Shown piece after piece: positions 10,052 to 18,137 of a stretch of DNA of 64,000 bases. The stretch lies in NCBI GenBank assembly GCA_963745835.1, contig CAVUZH010000016.1, forward strand, positions 160,001 through 224,000, in the 5' to 3' direction. Below the pieces are notes generated by a model, which worked only from the letters and a program-made list of their open reading frames with translations, had not been told where the DNA came from and did no database searches. The stretch is from an uncultured delta proteobacterium. GTDB taxonomy: Bacteria > Desulfobacterota > Binatia > UBA9968. Position 1 is the stretch's first letter. Each line of letters opens with the position of its first letter. The position numbers were made by a program, and so were the translations under genes.

Positions 10052-11584
10052 CTACAGCTTAACCGTTCCAAGACGGCGATGCCGCAGTGTTAGGCGGATT
10101 AGCGGTGGGTTCAACTGAGCTAGGTTCCCGAACACTCGGGCGTACATTTCCGCCAGCGCCGGCTCCATGGATTTAGCTGCGGCGAGCTCGCGCTGAATCG
10201 AGGAATCGATTCGCTCGCGGGCCTTGGACGCTAGAGCTAAAGCTTCTTGTTCGTTCATACACGTTAGTCGACCGGATTCGACAACTATCTTGCCATTAAC
10301 AATCACCGTATCTACCGAACTGCCGTTTTCACAAAAAACTAGCTGACCCGCAAGATCGTTAAGCGGGGTAAACGCCGGTGTATCGCGATGCAGCAAGGTA
10401 ACATCGGCGAGTTTGCCCGTTGCGAGCACGCCGGCATCGAGGCCGAAAGCGCGCGCGCCATTAACGGTGGCCATCGTCAGCGCTTGCCACGGCGAGATCC
10501 ATTGAGCGAAGTCAGTTCCTGCCTGGTTGTGAATCAACGCCGATAAACGAATCGCATCGAACATGTTCTGGCTGTCATTGGAGGCCGCGCCGTCGGTACC
10601 GAGTGCAACGCGGGCGCCCGCGGCCAGATATCTCTTGACCGGCGCCAAGCCGCTGCCGAGGCGTAGGTTACTTGCCGGATTGTGCACCGCCGTCACACCG
10701 CGGCCGGCGAACAATTCGACATCGCCTTCGTCGATCCAAATCGAATGGGCCAATGAAAGATTCGAGTCCAAGACGTTTAGCGATTCTAAATGCTGCAACA
10801 GAGACGTGCCGTAGAGTTGCCGTCCCATGAGTTGCTGCGCCTTGGTTTCGGCTAGATGAATATGCATCGGCAGGCTTTTCCTTCGCGCCATCTGCGCCGA
10901 TTTGACCAATAGCTCATCGGTGCAACGCTGGACAGCCGAGGGGCCGGGACATGCGGTGGTCAGTTTATCCGGAGCATGAAATGTCTCGATGAAGGCTTCG
11001 CAGTCGTCGAGCCACGCTTGGGTTGCCTTGGCTTCACTCTGACTCATTCGCTTGATCTCGTCACCCACAGACGCGGCCGCGCTGCCGAGCGGAATGGTTT
11101 CTTCATAATTCCGGTCAGAGAGAGTCAATGCTACAACGTGGCGCAATCCCAAATCGCGCATTGCCTGAATCGCCGCGCCGGCGCCCATGAAGCGGCAGGC
11201 TTGATTGCCAAAAAAATGATCCAGCACACTAGTAGTCCCGGTCTTAAGCATCTCCATCCCGCCGAGAAGCGCGCTCGCATAAAAATCTTCCTCGCGCATA
11301 TCTCTGAGCGATGCCCGGTAGTAAGCGCGCCAAATTTCTAGCGGCTTGCTCGGCATCATGCCTCGGACCAGATTGGCTGGCGAATGGCAGTGAGAATTGA
11401 TCAGGCCGGGCATCGCGATCATGCGGCCGCCGTCGATTGACCGTTCAAACGGGCCGGACGGCGCCGATTGAGCCGGACCGACGTAGGAAAGACGATTGCC
11501 ATCGATGACAATCGAACCAGGCGCAATAATTTCGAATTCTTCATTCATGGTAAGAATGCAAGCATCGCGGATCAGTAACTTCAT
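10052..11584 (-). CDS. Amidohydrolase/deaminase, AtzA/TrzA/MtaD family
   Basis: PGLINSHCH, HIHLAET, AHSIW, HNPASNLRLGSG, LGTDG. Confidence 0.9.
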   Translation of the reverse strand: MKLLIRDACILTMNEEFEIIAPGSIVIDGNRLSYVGPAQSAPSGPFERSIDGGRMIAMPGLINSHCHSPANLVRGMMPSKPLEIWRAYYRASLRDMREEDFYASALLGGMEMLKTGTTSVLDHFFGNQACRFMGAGAAIQAMRDLGLRHVVALTLSDRNYEETIPLGSAAASVGDEIKRMSQSEAKATQAWLDDCEAFIETFHAPDKLTTACPGPSAVQRCTDELLVKSAQMARRKSLPMHIHLAETKAQQLMGRQLYGTSLLQHLESLNVLDSNLSLAHSIWIDEGDVELFAGRGVTAVHNPASNLRLGSGLAPVKRYLAAGARVALGTDGAASNDSQNMFDAIRLSALIHNQAGTDFAQWISPWQALTMATVNGARAFGLDAGVLATGKLADVTLLHRDTPAFTPLNDLAGQLVFCENGSSVDTVIVNGKIVVESGRLTCMNEQEALALASKARERIDSSIQRELAAAKSMEPALAEMYARVFGNLAQLNPPLIRLTLRHRRLGTVKL

Positions 11585-12012
11585 TTTTTTCCTCGCAGAT
11601 CTCTGACTCCCAGAGATTCTTTCTTAGCAGAGCAGTGATTACCCGGTGGAACGATGGCGTTTTACTGCGCCTCTTCGTCTGCGCCGCGATCCGCCATCAT
11701 TGGCCATGTTGAGAGTTGCGGCAAATTCGCGTTCGTATGTGGGGCCTCTAGACCCCGGTCTCTTCAAACTGATGGCTATCGATTCGCAATCGTGGTGCTC
11801 GAGCAAGACACCTCTGCTTCATTAGGTCTTGGCGCTGGTGTAGATAGATATGCGTGATTGCGGTAAGAGCCCAACCCCGAGGCTCGATAGCGCCGGCACA
11901 ATCATTCCAGCGAATACTAGATCTCCCCGAGTGCAGACAAGTAGACGGACGAATACGTTAGATCCCGGAGTTCGCGATCTAAACTAGTTGGGCTCGCGCC
12001 GCGGCTGCGAAG

Positions 12013-12564
12013 CTAAATCTTTCCCTGCGACCTGAGATGATCGATGCGCTCTCTGATGATCTCACCCAAATCAGTTGTGGGCAGGCCGTCAGCAATTTGT
12101 AATGAATCGGCGCCTAATTGAGCGAGCTTTTCGTTCAGGCTCTGCAGTCCCGAGCGGATGCGATCATAGTCCTGCAGATATTGGCGGCAAGCGAGGATAT
12201 TATCATCGATTTCCTCCAGGCATTTTGCCAGCCTTTGACTTTCCTCGCCAAAGGATTGGCGTAGGTGCTCGACGTTGGCCTGAATGATCTGCTCCTCCAC
12301 CGGCCGTATCTGCTTGGTGATCTCGCTTTTCATGTCTTGCAGGGCTTGCAGTAGCCGCTCGTACGATTGTTCCTCTCGCATTAGATCCTCCGGCATTAGA
12401 ATTCTTGGCTGCTTCATGGCGATGTAATGATGCGCCATGCACTCCGATACTCTTTTCTGGATCAAGGTGAGCGCCGCTCGTGTCTCCCGGATCTTCTTCT
12501 CCAGCCGCGCTTCATCGGCCAGCAACTTGGCCAGAAGCTCCACGGGCCTCGTTGATATCGTCAT
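12013..12564 (-). CDS. Hypothetical coiled-coil protein
   Basis: 183-aa ORF rich in E/Q/L/R with heptad-like pattern; no motif recognised. Confidence 0.75.
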   Translation of the reverse strand: MTISTRPVELLAKLLADEARLEKKIRETRAALTLIQKRVSECMAHHYIAMKQPRILMPEDLMREEQSYERLLQALQDMKSEITKQIRPVEEQIIQANVEHLRQSFGEESQRLAKCLEEIDDNILACRQYLQDYDRIRSGLQSLNEKLAQLGADSLQIADGLPTTDLGEIIRERIDHLRSQGKI

Positions 12565-12792
12565 GGATTGGTTGTTTCGAAGATGCAGAATGGATGAAAG
12601 CGGCTGTCCGCTCCCGCACTCAATTACGGAATTCTTTTATCCACTCCGCTGAAAAACTTCAAGGAGGACAAAACTGCTTCGGGAGAGAAACAGATCGGGT
12701 GTCGCCGGCCCGTGATGCCACCGAAGTCGATCTATTTATGATCGTTGCAAGATCCCAAAGGCTAGTTGACGGTAAATGGGAAAGGTTAAATG

Positions 12793-12811
12793 GTCGAGAA
12801 GAAAACTCGAC
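12793..12811 (-). terminator. Hairpin directly after the TPR gene stop
   Basis: GTCGAG-N7-CTCGAC followed on the minus strand by CATTTAACCTTT. Confidence 0.35.
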
Positions 12812-12813
12812 GG

Positions 12814-13161
12814 TTAGTCTTTTTGTGGCTCATTCTTCTGAGACAGCTGTCGTTTCCACCCCAGCGTTCGCGCTTGGGCAGCAATATGCTCGGCCTCCGC
12901 GATCATTCCTTTTTGTTGATAGAATATGGAGAGACTGGTGTGAGCTAGTTCGTCATCTGGCGCGACTTCGACGAGCTTCTTGCCGATTTCGATGGCTTCG
13001 TCTAGTTTTTCCTGATGCGAGTAGGTCATCGCTAGCGCATGCAATGCATCCGTATAACCGCCATCTTCGTCAAGGGCGTGCTGAAACGCGGCAATCGCCT
13101 CATCGAACTTGTCCTCCGCAAACAGTTCCATACCCCTGTTGTAAAAATCTTCTTTGCTCAT
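12814..13161 (-). CDS. Small TPR protein
   Basis: TPR-like helices FYNRGMELF..DEAIAAFQHAL and ALHALAMTY..DEAIEIGKKLVEVAPDD. Confidence 0.85.
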   Translation of the reverse strand: MSKEDFYNRGMELFAEDKFDEAIAAFQHALDEDGGYTDALHALAMTYSHQEKLDEAIEIGKKLVEVAPDDELAHTSLSIFYQQKGMIAEAEHIAAQARTLGWKRQLSQKNEPQKD

Positions 13162-13169
13162 GACTGGGC

Positions 13170-14324
13170 TTAGATGTCTTTGGAATCGGTTGAAGGCGTT
13201 GTTTGAGGCGAAGAACCGGTCGGAGGCTGTGGGTGCACCCGTTCAGGTCTACATTGCTGGAGCAGCGCCTTTCTAAGCAACGCGGGGTTCACAGGTTTCT
13301 TGAAAATTACCCCCTGCAATCCTTCAAGGCAACTTCGTTTGATAATATGATCCTTATCGTAATTGAAAGCCGTCATTAAAATCACCGGCAGATTCGGCGC
13401 GCTCTTCTTGACGTATTGATAGAGCTGGTATCCATCAATATCGGGCATGACAACGTCGCTTAGAACTAAATCAAACCCGCCGCGCTCCAGCCACTGCATC
13501 GCGTAAACACCCGATGCAGCGGTTTCCACCTGGCAGTCTTCTGCCTCCAAGAGGTCTCTCAAAGACTGGCAAATTCCGGCATCATCATCGACGATCAAGA
13601 TCTTGAGGCCGCGCAATGGATATCGTTCGTCTGGTTTTGGCCGCTCACAACCCTTGCCGTCCGGCCCGGTGCGCAGATCCGTCATCATCTTGCCGGACAG
13701 ATATTCTTTAGTTCCGTACTCGCCCTCGTCGGCCATTTGGCTAATTCGCGCGGTGATGTCCTGGATCCTTTTCACCTGAGACGCGACAGAAACCAAACGG
13801 TCTGATTCGACAATATAATCTTCGTCAGTAGCAACTCGTTCGACATACTTTTGCAGAAGTTCTACCTGGTTGACCAGCACTTCCAATGAGTTGTTGACTT
13901 CGTGCGACACGCCGATAGCGATCTCGGCCAACGTGACGAGTTGATCACGGCGCCGGATGTCCCGTAAATCTTTGGCAAAACCGATGGAGCCGATTTCCTC
14001 GTCATTTTCGTCGTAGATGATGGACGCGGAGATCGCAACAGGAATACACTCGCCTTTTTTTGTTTTGAATGTAGTTTCGAAACTTCTGATTCTGCCTGGA
14101 CCTTCGCCGGCACTGCCTCGCATCGCAGCCATTACCCGGCGCGCCTCATTCAATGTCGGGTAGATCTCCAAAACGCTTTTGCCCAGCACTTCTTCATGCG
14201 AAAAGCCCAGGTTTTGCCGGGCTCCATCATTGTAGAACGTGATGACGCCGTGTTTGTCTACGGAGATGATGATATCAGGACAACTCTCGACGAGCTTCTG
14301 GAAATATTGTACAGGTAGGGGCAT
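13170..14324 (-). CDS. PAS-HisKA(DHp)-receiver protein without an ATPase domain
   Basis: PAS (PDIIISVDKHGVITFYNDGA...GFAKD), H-box SHEVNNSL, receiver ILIVDDD...LSDVVMPDIDG...KKPV; no N/G boxes. Confidence 0.85.
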   Translation of the reverse strand: MPLPVQYFQKLVESCPDIIISVDKHGVITFYNDGARQNLGFSHEEVLGKSVLEIYPTLNEARRVMAAMRGSAGEGPGRIRSFETTFKTKKGECIPVAISASIIYDENDEEIGSIGFAKDLRDIRRRDQLVTLAEIAIGVSHEVNNSLEVLVNQVELLQKYVERVATDEDYIVESDRLVSVASQVKRIQDITARISQMADEGEYGTKEYLSGKMMTDLRTGPDGKGCERPKPDERYPLRGLKILIVDDDAGICQSLRDLLEAEDCQVETAASGVYAMQWLERGGFDLVLSDVVMPDIDGYQLYQYVKKSAPNLPVILMTAFNYDKDHIIKRSCLEGLQGVIFKKPVNPALLRKALLQQCRPERVHPQPPTGSSPQTTPSTDSKDI

Positions 14325-14436
14325 ACTGACGCCGGGTCGAATAGCTCTATGATAGGTCGAACGCCGACGTCATTGCAAGAGCCTCAATTCATCATTTGCC
14401 AAATCCCAAACTTAAATCATAAAAGCAACTTGTCTA

Positions 14437-16275
14437 ATGCAGCAGACCAAAGATACCAGGCAACTCACCTGGCTTCTCGCCTGGGCCGTCGTGTTCTGCG
14501 ACATCGGCACCTCGGTCTACTACGTGCCGGGAATCCTCTACGGCAACGTCGGCGATGACACGCCCTTCTTTGTCTTACTGACTACCATCGGCTTCATCCC
14601 CCTGGCGCTGAAATATATTGAGATAAGCTGGCGCAATCCGGAAGGCGGCGGCGTGGTATCCATCACAACCAAAGCTTTGGGACCGATGTGGGGCTGTCTG
14701 GGCGGCATGTTGATCACCACTAGTTATTTTCTAACAGCTGCTATTTCTGCGGTTTCTGGATTTCACTACATCGGCAGCGTAGTTCACTTAATCGACGCCA
14801 ATATTGTTCTGTTTGCATGCATCGGTCTGTTGGCCTTGGCTCTTTTGAATATAGTGGGAATTCGCGAAAGCGCCACCGTGGCGCTGGTGATGGCCGTAGC
14901 GGCGTTTGCGGTCGATCTTATCGTGATCGCGCTATCGTTCTGGCAATTCTCGCCTGCCCAGTGGTGGCAAGCGCTGCGCAGCTTTGCGCCGGGACGAACC
15001 CTTTCGTTTAGAGAACTGCTAGTTGGGTTTGGCGCGGCTTGGCTGGCGTTCTCGGGTTTGGAAAGCATCAGCCAGCTTAGTCCGAACATGCGCTTTCCGC
15101 TCAGGCGCACTGCGAAGTGGGCCATGATGGGAGTTATCATTACGACTGTGATCACCTCGCCCCTGCTCACGCTGCTATCGATCAATTTGCTTCCAGCCGA
15201 GATTAAGGCTACCGAGAGCGAACGATTTATCTCTGAAGTTGCCTTGGTCTCGGGCGGCTTTGGCCTTAGCCTCGCCGTCGTTCTCAGCGCATCGACGTTG
15301 CTCTTGTTTGCGGCCAATACTGCCATCATCGGCGCCTACCATATTTTCCTGGCACTGACTAATCTTGGCTTCCTGCCGCGCGCGATCGCGCTGCGAAGCG
15401 CTACTTTTCGGAGTCCTCATGTCGCTATCGGCATTGCCACCACTGTCCCCATTGTAGTCATTCTCGCAACGCAAGGTGAGCTGGCCCTATTGGGCGAAAT
15501 GTATGCGTTCGGACTGCTCGGCGCATTCGTCTTTTCATCTCTCAGCCTTGATGTCATTCGCTGGCGACTAGGGCGGCGCGACCTTGGCTTCTGGGTCGGA
15601 GTACTAACCACGGCGGTCATCCTAATTGCGTGGTGTATCAATCTCGTCGAAAAAGAACTGGCCACCCTATTTGGCGGAGTCTTAACCGCAGTGGGTATGA
15701 GCGTGGCCGTAGGCGTTCGCCGCGCCTGGTTTTTGGATCTGCTTCATAAAGTTCCTTGGATCGAGCGCCTTCAGGCGCGCGCCTATATGGCATCAGAAGC
15801 TCTAGTGGATGAAGAGTTAAGAGGCCTGGTGACTTTGGCCGACGCTGTTGAGCTTAAAGATCTTTATCCGTCGTCAACGCTACTGGCAGTTCGGGGAGAA
15901 AACCCGCGGCTCGTCCAGGAAGGCATTCGGCGTGCCAAAGGCATGGGCGAAACCGCTCTGTATTGCGTGTACGTGGAGGAATGGCCGGGTCTCTTCGCCG
16001 GCGATACGCCGCACCGGCCCAGTGATGAAGGAGTGATTACCTTACGTTCCGCCCTGCAGGAGATTCGCGGCAAAGGCCTCGAAGCTATCCCTATCTGGAC
16101 CGTGTCTTACAATGCTGCCGAAGCCATAGCCAACGCAGCCAAGGCGCTCGACGTCGATGCCGCCGTAATTGGCGCGTCTCAGCGCTCGGCTTTTTATCAC
16201 ATGCTGCGCGGTCATGTAGTGAAAGGGCTGATGAAAAAGCTACCCCATGATTGTCATTTGATGATCGTCAACTAG
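14437..16275 (+). CDS. APC-family permease fused to a C-terminal universal stress protein domain
   Basis: About 12 hydrophobic segments, DIGTSVYY, FSGLESISQL, MYAFG; USP-type C-terminus AAVIGASQRS...LRGHVVKGL. Confidence 0.85.
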   Translation: MQQTKDTRQLTWLLAWAVVFCDIGTSVYYVPGILYGNVGDDTPFFVLLTTIGFIPLALKYIEISWRNPEGGGVVSITTKALGPMWGCLGGMLITTSYFLTAAISAVSGFHYIGSVVHLIDANIVLFACIGLLALALLNIVGIRESATVALVMAVAAFAVDLIVIALSFWQFSPAQWWQALRSFAPGRTLSFRELLVGFGAAWLAFSGLESISQLSPNMRFPLRRTAKWAMMGVIITTVITSPLLTLLSINLLPAEIKATESERFISEVALVSGGFGLSLAVVLSASTLLLFAANTAIIGAYHIFLALTNLGFLPRAIALRSATFRSPHVAIGIATTVPIVVILATQGELALLGEMYAFGLLGAFVFSSLSLDVIRWRLGRRDLGFWVGVLTTAVILIAWCINLVEKELATLFGGVLTAVGMSVAVGVRRAWFLDLLHKVPWIERLQARAYMASEALVDEELRGLVTLADAVELKDLYPSSTLLAVRGENPRLVQEGIRRAKGMGETALYCVYVEEWPGLFAGDTPHRPSDEGVITLRSALQEIRGKGLEAIPIWTVSYNAAEAIANAAKALDVDAAVIGASQRSAFYHMLRGHVVKGLMKKLPHDCHLMIVN

Positions 16276-16996
16276 GCTCCGCCACGGCCATCTCTTCGCT
16301 GGCTCGAGCCGAGCTTTCGATCAGACGATGCGATTCTTCGATGCCCAGGTAACGATCAATCATCGAATGACCTAAATACAGTAACGGGGTGACTGCCACT
16401 GCGATCATCATCTTGTAAGAATAGTTCGTTCCCGCAACGATAAAGAATTCTTCGGTTTTGACCTTGCCGGGCAGCCAAAACGCGATCCCAATGATGACGA
16501 TGCTGTCGATGAGTTGCGAAACCAGGGTTGAGCCCGTCGCTCGCAGCCAGAGATGTTTGCCGCCGGTTCTGTGTCGCACCAGCCAGAATACGCCGACGTC
16601 CACTAATTGACTTATGCCAAACGCAATAATGCTGCCGACGATAATCCAAAGAGACTGACCGAAAACCGCCCGAAACTGGGTATCGTTAACCGGTGAAAAA
16701 GATGCCGCGGGAACCTGAATCGAAAGGTAGAGAACGACAAACGCATAGGCAATTAGGCCGATTGTCGTCAATGTGAGCCGGCGAACTCCGTCGCGGCCGA
16801 AGTATTCATTGATCAAGTCCGTAGTGATAAACACCACCGGCCAGGGAATCACGCCAATGCTCATGGTAAAGGGACCTAGAGTAAAGAGCTTACCGCCGGT
16901 GAGTTCACCCAAAATGGCATTGGTTACGAAAAATCCCGCGAGAGCGAGATAAACAATATCTCTTCTGCTCGCCGCATCTACACCCGCTCTGCTCAC
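16268..16996 (-). CDS. yhhQ: Queuosine precursor transporter (YhhQ/Vut_1 family)
   Basis: PVVFITTDLINEYFG, GSIIAFGISQLVDV, WLRATGSTLVSQLIDS; co-oriented downstream of queA/tgt. Confidence 0.88.
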   Translation of the reverse strand: MSRAGVDAASRRDIVYLALAGFFVTNAILGELTGGKLFTLGPFTMSIGVIPWPVVFITTDLINEYFGRDGVRRLTLTTIGLIAYAFVVLYLSIQVPAASFSPVNDTQFRAVFGQSLWIIVGSIIAFGISQLVDVGVFWLVRHRTGGKHLWLRATGSTLVSQLIDSIVIIGIAFWLPGKVKTEEFFIVAGTNYSYKMMIAVAVTPLLYLGHSMIDRYLGIEESHRLIESSARASEEMAVAEPS

Positions 16997-17083
16997 GCTT
17001 TCCTCAATCGTGCGATCTGTCCCGAAAATTAAGTCGGATTAAGATCTCTCTGAATTGTTACAACCTACGACTGTAAGACACAT

Positions 17084-18112
17084 TTACTTCATGCCGAGAT
17101 CCTTCAAAAAACCTGACTTCGCCAGGGATTCGACAAAAGAGTTATCAAAGAAATCTTTTGGATCGGCGTTCTTTGCATTGGGAAATTCTTTCTGGTCAAG
17201 ATATTCGAACTGAGCTTGTATAGCCTCCAGCCGTACGGCGAGGCTCATTGCCCAATAAGGCGCGAAGGCCTCGTAAGTCCCGTCGACGGTCGCCGGGTCG
17301 TCGATTTTTCCGTATTTGCTAATAGCCTTTTTAGCGATTGCGGGATCTTTTCTGGACGTTACAACGCCTTCGGCGATCGCTTTTAAGAATGCATAAACTG
17401 TGTTGGGGTTGTTCTTCAAATATTTCTCTGTCGTGCCATACGCAACTTGGAACGCCGGAATATTGAGCTTTCCGACATCGACTAAAAGATTGAGTCCCGC
17501 TTCTTTCGCTTTGAGCGTGTTGGGCGCGGACAAGGTTCCGGCAGAAGTTTTCCCGCCGAGGACCGAGCTAAGAATCGCCGGAACGCTCTGCACGTAGAGA
17601 ATTTGCACATCTTTGTCCGGCGCCAAGCCGTTTTTCTTCAACGCTTCACGAGTAGCGGTATCCAATGCCGCCCTTGGTGTGCTCGCTGCAATGGTTCTTC
17701 CTTTCAGATCTTTGATTGACTTGATCTCCTTCGCTCCCCAGATCTGAAAGACCAACTGCTGCATAGTGCCGCCGAAATACTTCACCTGACCACCTCGCAA
17801 TCGAGCATTGATCAAGTCCGGGCCATCGGTATAGAAGTCCGCCTCTTCTGATATCACCGCCTGCGCGGAGACTTGCGGCGTCAGGAGTTGCAGGCTGGCA
17901 TTCAATCCATATTTTTTAAACAGTCCCGCTTCGTAGGCAACCCAAATCGGCGTAAAAGCGCCGCTGGGTTGAGCATAGGTAACGACGACATCCGTTTTTT
18001 CCGGCTTACCTCCGAGTTCCGCGGCAAACGATCGGCCCGACGCTACGCTCAACATTAACGCAAATAGAACAGACCATCTCGGAGTTTTTTTTGCTATGCC
18101 GTGCCTATCCAT
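17084..18112 (-). CDS. ABC substrate-binding protein, NMT1/SsuA-like
   Basis: PIWVAYEAGLFKKYGL, IKDLKGRTI; start moved to ATG 18112 (GAGGAG SD) to avoid overlap with recJ. Confidence 0.88.
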   Translation of the reverse strand: MDRHGIAKKTPRWSVLFALMLSVASGRSFAAELGGKPEKTDVVVTYAQPSGAFTPIWVAYEAGLFKKYGLNASLQLLTPQVSAQAVISEEADFYTDGPDLINARLRGGQVKYFGGTMQQLVFQIWGAKEIKSIKDLKGRTIAASTPRAALDTATREALKKNGLAPDKDVQILYVQSVPAILSSVLGGKTSAGTLSAPNTLKAKEAGLNLLVDVGKLNIPAFQVAYGTTEKYLKNNPNTVYAFLKAIAEGVVTSRKDPAIAKKAISKYGKIDDPATVDGTYEAFAPYWAMSLAVRLEAIQAQFEYLDQKEFPNAKNADPKDFFDNSFVESLAKSGFLKDLGMK

Positions 18113-18137
18113 AATATCTCCTCGCCTACTTTCACAA

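Noticed and set aside
11654-11857. 67-aa intergenic ORF
   Set aside because: No clear SD or recognisable motif; cannot be supported as coding.
12480-13163. 227-aa plus-strand ORF and similar long antisense ORFs (e.g. 44343-45143, 5823-6419, 55855-56442)
   Set aside because: They lie opposite well-supported genes and lack motifs; such shadow ORFs are expected at this GC content.
16997-17083. preQ1 riboswitch upstream of yhhQ
   Set aside because: No preQ1-I-like GGTTC stem-loop with an A-rich tail in the 87-bp gap.
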